Shown one piece after another: positions 31,345 through 35,245 of a DNA stretch of 35,245 nucleotides. The stretch is from NCBI GenBank assembly GCA_938044295.1, contig CALIRC010000120.1, positions 1-35,245 of the forward strand. Direction: 5' to 3'. Below the pieces are notes generated by a model. It had not been told where the DNA came from. It ran no database searches and was given only the letters and a program-made list of their open reading frames with translations. This DNA is from Minisyncoccota bacterium. Lineage in GTDB: Bacteria; Patescibacteriota; Minisyncoccia; Moranbacterales; GCA-2747515. The stretch's first letter is position 1, and each line of letters opens with the position of its first letter. The translations under genes and the position numbers were made by a program.

Positions 31345-31399
31345 TGGTAAGGTACTTTTGACAAATCGCTCAGTGTTAAAAAGAAAGAGAAAAAGGAGT

Positions 31400-31981
31400 A
31401 TGAGAAAGCATATCCTAGAGCAGTATACAAAATACACAAACTTTTTTGATAATGAGAGGGGGAATTTTGAAATACTCAACAAACAAATTGAGTCCTTTGA
31501 AGATCTCACCAATCGCAAAAACATGAATGGCCATATAACAGCAAGCGGATTAGTCATTTCAGCTGATGGCAAAGTGCTACTGATCTTTCACAATGCGCAG
31601 AAAAGATTTCAGCAACCAGGTGGTCATATTGATAATCTAGATAAAGACGTTGCAACAGCAGCAATGCGAGAAGTATGTGAGGAGACTGCACTAAAGGAAG
31701 TTTCACTACACAAGTGGCATAATGATCATCCCCATCCTCTCAATATCGATTCACACCATGTCGCCGCAAGACCTGAAAAAAGAGAGGGTGAGCACGTTCA
31801 CCACGACTTTATCTACGTTTTGGTATCTCCCAGAACTGATGTTACACTTCAGAAGTCTGAGGTTGCACAGTACAAATGGGTCGATCCTTTCAAAGAGGTG
31901 ATTGATTCAAAGCATCTAGCCAGAACAATTCAAAAAGCAATGGAGCAAAAAATTCTTAAAAATGCTAGAAAAGAAATATAA
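31400..31981 (+). CDS. Nudix hydrolase (second, unrelated subfamily)
   Basis: The track ORF starts at 31325 and overlaps the aminopeptidase. The ATG at 31400 is preceded by AAGGAG (31393-31398) and gives 193 aa. Nudix box: GGHIDNLDKDVATAAMREVCEETAL. Confidence 0.8.
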   Translation: MRKHILEQYTKYTNFFDNERGNFEILNKQIESFEDLTNRKNMNGHITASGLVISADGKVLLIFHNAQKRFQQPGGHIDNLDKDVATAAMREVCEETALKEVSLHKWHNDHPHPLNIDSHHVAARPEKREGEHVHHDFIYVLVSPRTDVTLQKSEVAQYKWVDPFKEVIDSKHLARTIQKAMEQKILKNARKEI

Positions 31982-31992
31982 AATAACCAAAC

Positions 31993-33714
31993 ATGCCCTC
32001 AAAAAACATCCTAACCATAGCCCTACTAGCATGTATAACATGCATCATCTTCCTACCCCAAAAAACACACGCACAATCTCAAGATGTCCATCGGTTTTGG
32101 TCAGAGTCATACAAACATCACTTCTACACAATCAGTGAACAAGAAAAAGATCTCATTATCCAAAATGACCCAAACTGGAGCTACGAAGGCGTAGCCTACA
32201 AAGCATTCACTAAGGAACAAGCAGACACAGCAAATCTACACAGATTCTATTCAGAAGAATTCAAAGGACACTTCTACACAAAAAGCGAACAAGAAAAACA
32301 AAACCTCATAGACAATGATCCCAACTGGAGCTATGAAGGGGTAGCGTTCCATGTCAAAAACCAAGGTACACCCATCTACCGTTTTTACAGTACAACCTTC
32401 AAAGGACACTTCTACACAAGAAGCGAACAAGAAAAACAAAACTTAATAGACAATGACCCAAATTGGGGCTATGAAGGCATTGCTTTTTACATAGATACCA
32501 ATACACCTGCACCAATCTGTGGAGACAGTCAAATACAAAGTCCAGAGCAATGTGATGATGGGAATACAACAGGAGGGGATGGGTGTTCAAGTATGTGTCT
32601 TTTTGAAGATGTTACAAACGATTGCCCCCAAAACCACGCAGATGACGGTGCAGCATGTATAGAAATACGTTCTATTGCCCAATGGGAAGCTCTTTTTCAA
32701 GCTAAATGGGCAGGAGAGTTAGTAACCTGGCAAAGACGATCATCTTCAGGTGATAGTTGGGATCATTATTGGCTTGCGTATGTCATTGACGCCAATGAGG
32801 CGATGTTTCGCGCAACTGAGGACACGCAATACCTTGACCGTGCACTCCTATACATCGATAATGTCATGACAACAGCACAACCATCATCAGCAATTCCGAC
32901 AAGTCAATTCCAGGACGAATATATGGCCTGGGCTAATCATAGTCATTCATCACTAGGAGATGACGGAAGAGAATATGCTCTCTTTGAAAGCTATCTCTGG
33001 CGCTACATAACATCAGTACTACGCACAATGAAAGAACGTCCAGCGATCTACAATGATCCTGCATACCGCGAACAGTACGATACAATTCTCGCATTTGCAC
33101 AAACACATATTTGGGAAAAATGGTACTCACGTGGAACACCAAACCTCTACAGAGGTCGTGCACACATGGCAACACACTGGGCACGAATAGCGATGAATCT
33201 CTATCTTCTCAACGACGATGCTACACAGAATCTACAATACAAGACAGTTCTTGATAATATCGATCATGCTGGGATGTCAAGTTGGAGCGGAGCTTCACTA
33301 CGCGGACAAATGCAACCACACCCAACACAACCAGATGCAATTTACTGGAGTGATAGATGGACGAGAACAACAGCACCATTCCAAGATGTCTCTCATGGCA
33401 ATAATGTACTTTCATATATTGTCCAAGCACATGATATTAACTATCAATGGACAGACACTGACATAGATAAGCTAACCATTCTCCTTGATAAGGTTATCTG
33501 GCCAGAACCACTAGAGTATGCATACTATGTTGATGGCTCAGAAGAAGGAAATGGATGGTTCACCGATGGGTTTTTGAAACTTGGACGCTACGATGTTCAT
33601 CTGCAAAAAAGGATTGAAGGCAGTGATGTCCTCAACAATACGCAATTCTTTGGTAATGGCGCACTTAATGCAAAGTATCTCTTAGATCCACCAACATTTA
33701 CAATCTCATTCTAA
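31993..33714 (+). CDS. secreted protein: three HFYT...NWxYEG repeats, one CGD...CDDGN Cys-rich module, large alpha-helical C-terminal domain of unknown function
   Basis: 573 aa. Signal peptide with THA-QS site. Repeats at 32086-32496. Cys-rich module at 32518-32598 (CGDSQIQSPEQCDDGNTTGGDGCSSMC). The roughly 360-aa W/Y/H-rich C-terminal domain (WDHYWLAYVIDANEAMF...) might be a glycan-acting alpha/alpha toroid, which is speculative. Confidence 0.85.
   Translation: MPSKNILTIALLACITCIIFLPQKTHAQSQDVHRFWSESYKHHFYTISEQEKDLIIQNDPNWSYEGVAYKAFTKEQADTANLHRFYSEEFKGHFYTKSEQEKQNLIDNDPNWSYEGVAFHVKNQGTPIYRFYSTTFKGHFYTRSEQEKQNLIDNDPNWGYEGIAFYIDTNTPAPICGDSQIQSPEQCDDGNTTGGDGCSSMCLFEDVTNDCPQNHADDGAACIEIRSIAQWEALFQAKWAGELVTWQRRSSSGDSWDHYWLAYVIDANEAMFRATEDTQYLDRALLYIDNVMTTAQPSSAIPTSQFQDEYMAWANHSHSSLGDDGREYALFESYLWRYITSVLRTMKERPAIYNDPAYREQYDTILAFAQTHIWEKWYSRGTPNLYRGRAHMATHWARIAMNLYLLNDDATQNLQYKTVLDNIDHAGMSSWSGASLRGQMQPHPTQPDAIYWSDRWTRTTAPFQDVSHGNNVLSYIVQAHDINYQWTDTDIDKLTILLDKVIWPEPLEYAYYVDGSEEGNGWFTDGFLKLGRYDVHLQKRIEGSDVLNNTQFFGNGALNAKYLLDPPTFTISF
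32086..32496 (+). repeat. three tandem 46-50-codon repeats (period 150 then 138 bp)
   Basis: CACTTCTACACA recurs at 32119, 32269 and 32407. Peptides: HRFWSESYKHHFYTISEQEKDLIIQNDPNWSYEGVAY / HRFYSEEFKGHFYTKSEQEKQNLIDNDPNWSYEGVAF / YRFYSTTFKGHFYTRSEQEKQNLIDNDPNWGYEGIAF. Confidence 0.9.
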
Positions 33715-33890
33715 GTAGGTCACTTTGATGAGATAGTTGATAGCCTATATTCACGTAGATGAATAATAAAAAATGGATACAAGATCAGTTAAATCAATAA
33801 TACTTCTTAAGAATCTTTAGTGATTTTAGCAATTCGCGATACATTTCTTGTCCATTTAAATGACAATTATTAATTGCTATTCACTCTCTT

Positions 33891-34223
33891 TTAAGTGCAA
33901 AAAAATGCTTCAGGAGACACACCTCTGAACTTTGCTGGTCTCCTATAACCATCTATGGCACAGATGCAAATGGCCCAATCATCATAGGGTACGTCCAAAT
34001 TCATCATCATATTGAACAGTTTCAAGGATTTCTTATAAAGGATAACTACATCAACACCGATAGTGGTGATCATTTCATTATTAATTCTGATATCGAAGAC
34101 AAGATCACGATTCTGAGCAACACGCTTGAATAATGATATGATAATATACAATACGTATTTTTCTTTTAACAAAAACACAAAGGAAGATGTAGGGTCCACT
34201 GACCGCTGCACTACATAACGCAC
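33891..34223 (-). CDS. hypothetical protein (weak call)
   Basis: 110 aa, and the only ORF of 60 aa or more in this 560-bp stretch. It lies 54 bp downstream of the exonuclease gene on the same strand. No motif recognised, and the sequence is very AT-rich, so it may be non-coding. Confidence 0.35.
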   Translation of the reverse strand: MRYVVQRSVDPTSSFVFLLKEKYVLYIIISLFKRVAQNRDLVFDIRINNEMITTIGVDVVILYKKSLKLFNMMMNLDVPYDDWAICICAIDGYRRPAKFRGVSPEAFFCT

Positions 34224-34277
34224 AAAGATGATCTAAGCTCGTTCTCAATTAAGTCAAATCTTATATTCAGAAATAAT

Positions 34278-34856
34278 CTAAAACGGAAGGGTATAATTGA
34301 TAGACTGAGCATCAGCTTTGCTATCCCAGTCACTAGTATCCAAGGGAATCTCGACAACATCAAGAAGATCTTTGTATTTGAGGTGTTTATGCTTAAGAGC
34401 ATACTCATAGATATCTTTCGTGACTTTCACATCATCTTTGCAGTACTTTTCAATTTTTTCAATTTCACCCGCTTTCCACCATTCAATGGCTTGGAGACCA
34501 TGACCACTTTTGCCAACACCAATTGTTGCTTCAGCGACATTGTCCAGACGAATACCTTTCCCGAGAGATTTACGAATCTCTTTCAAAAGATCGAGAGAGC
34601 CAACCGCGGTCAAATCACCTGGATAATACTTGTTCAGAAGTGGAATGTCAAAATGATCTGAGTTATAGCCAATCAGTAAATCTGTATCTTCAAGAATGAG
34701 CCAAAGTTCGGCCATATTTTCTTCTGTAAAGGTAAGATATTCTTTTTGCTTGTAATCATAAATAACGAGGAGAGAAATATCCAAATCTTCAGAGCGATTA
34801 GAGCCTACTTCCTGAAACGTATTTTTCGTTTCAATATCAAAGACAATCTTACGCAT
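34278..34856 (-). CDS. DEDD 3'-5' exonuclease, RNase H-like fold (PolB-exonuclease-like, COG3298-type)
   Basis: The track ORF starts at 34922. The internal ATG at 34856 gives MRKIVFDIETKN (Exo I, DxE). GYNSDHFDIPLL is Exo II. KYCKDDVKVTKDIY is Exo III (Y-x3-D). 192 aa. Confidence 0.75.
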   Translation of the reverse strand: MRKIVFDIETKNTFQEVGSNRSEDLDISLLVIYDYKQKEYLTFTEENMAELWLILEDTDLLIGYNSDHFDIPLLNKYYPGDLTAVGSLDLLKEIRKSLGKGIRLDNVAEATIGVGKSGHGLQAIEWWKAGEIEKIEKYCKDDVKVTKDIYEYALKHKHLKYKDLLDVVEIPLDTSDWDSKADAQSINYTLPF

Positions 34857-35016
34857 AAGTAGTGTGTAAAAATTAAAACAAGACTTCAATACATGATCAA
34901 AGAAATATGAGACAAGCACCATATCAATCTCACATACCTAGTAAAAAAACACTCCAAGTAGCGCTTTTTATGCATGCAAAAGTCCGATAAGATATATTTT
35001 ATCATGCGTCTTGCCA

Positions 35017-35025
35017 TGCTACAAT
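35017..35025 (+). promoter_or_regulatory. candidate extended -10 promoter (TGcTACAAT)
   Basis: TGnTACAAT lies 38 nt upstream of the ATG at 35063. A GGGGG tract at 35046-35050 could serve as the ribosome-binding site. Confidence 0.4.
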
Positions 35026-35062
35026 ACGAGCACATAATTCACAGATGGGGGCAAATAAAAAA

Positions 35063-35244
35063 TATGAAATCATGGGTGATCAGAATTGCAATCATTATCA
35101 TAATGATTATTGGCATTTTTGTCTGGTACGAAAATACAAAGAATAATGTCATACAGATCTCAGAAAGCGAAGAGGGAGATAATAACACCATACTCTTTGA
35201 AAGAACATCTGAACTGAAAAGAAATAATGAGGAGCCATCTATAA
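35063..35244 (+). CDS. membrane-anchored hypothetical protein, N-terminal fragment (runs off the right edge)
   Basis: Not in the track because it is truncated. ATG at 35063, then MKSWVIRIAIIIIMIIGIFVWYENTKNNVIQISESEEGDNNTILFERTSELKRNNEEPSI, with no stop before the window end. Candidate promoter and RBS lie upstream. Confidence 0.5.
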
Positions 35245-35245
35245 A

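Noticed and set aside
31325-31399. Upstream start at 31325 for the second Nudix gene.
   Set aside because: It overlaps the aminopeptidase 3' end by 20 nt and adds a basic low-complexity peptide. The ATG at 31400 has a consensus AAGGAG site 2 nt upstream.
34857-34922. Upstream start at 34922 for the exonuclease gene.
   Set aside because: It adds 22 hydrophobic residues with no family precedent. The Exo I motif FDIET sits 5 residues after the internal Met at 34856, as is usual for this family.
1-35244. Alternative genetic code (UGA recoding, as in some CPR lineages), and CRISPR arrays, tRNA/rRNA genes, transposases or integrases, or a diversity-generating retroelement acting on the Cys-rich proteins.
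   Set aside because: TGA cleanly terminates well-defined genes (1264-1266, 20323-20325, 24012-24014). No spaced direct-repeat array, no GTTCGAATC-type T-arm sequences and no reverse transcriptase ORF are visible. No template/variable repeat pair is visible by eye either. The repeats present are in-frame protein repeats.

Overview
The window is AT-rich and densely coding. Almost every gene from 664 to 33714 lies on the + strand, and only the two ends carry - strand genes. The gene content looks like a small-genome Patescibacteria/CPR-like bacterium; this is an inference from content and style, and no search was run. All product calls come from motifs I recognise in the supplied translations.

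Recognisable housekeeping genes:
- Three aminoacyl-tRNA synthetases: argS, ileS, glyQS.
- rplY (L25/Ctc), recO, rmuC, tgt, pgeF/yfiH.
- A SEDS FtsW/RodA protein, an M29 aminopeptidase, two Nudix hydrolases and a PolB-like DEDD exonuclease.
- An envelope-glycan group: a processive GT2 synthase, a WecA/MraY-family transferase, DUF192 and a GT1-type glycosyltransferase.

No rRNA, tRNA, CRISPR array, transposase or integrase is visible. TGA behaves as a stop codon, so the standard code 11 applies.

Most notable observations:
1. A textbook T-box antiterminator/terminator switch lies at 20338-20562. Its 5' half is unusually short. It sits in front of a Nudix-ileS-recO gene string rather than directly in front of ileS.
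2. An accessory-looking island at 13459-19059 encodes a small anchored protein plus two large cysteine-rich secreted proteins. The two large proteins share a roughly 47-49 aa six-Cys C-terminal module that ends in E-V-x-P at the extreme C-terminus. One contains an internal duplication. The other carries a mid-protein transmembrane hairpin that reads like two fused secreted proteins, plus four tandem CG...WxWxC repeats.
3. A CGDG...CDDGN...C module, as in the Myxococcus-type cysteine-rich repeat, recurs in three secreted proteins.
4. Three direct CAGTATG(A/G) repeats overlap a TGn extended -10 promoter upstream of a coiled-coil lytic transglycosylase.
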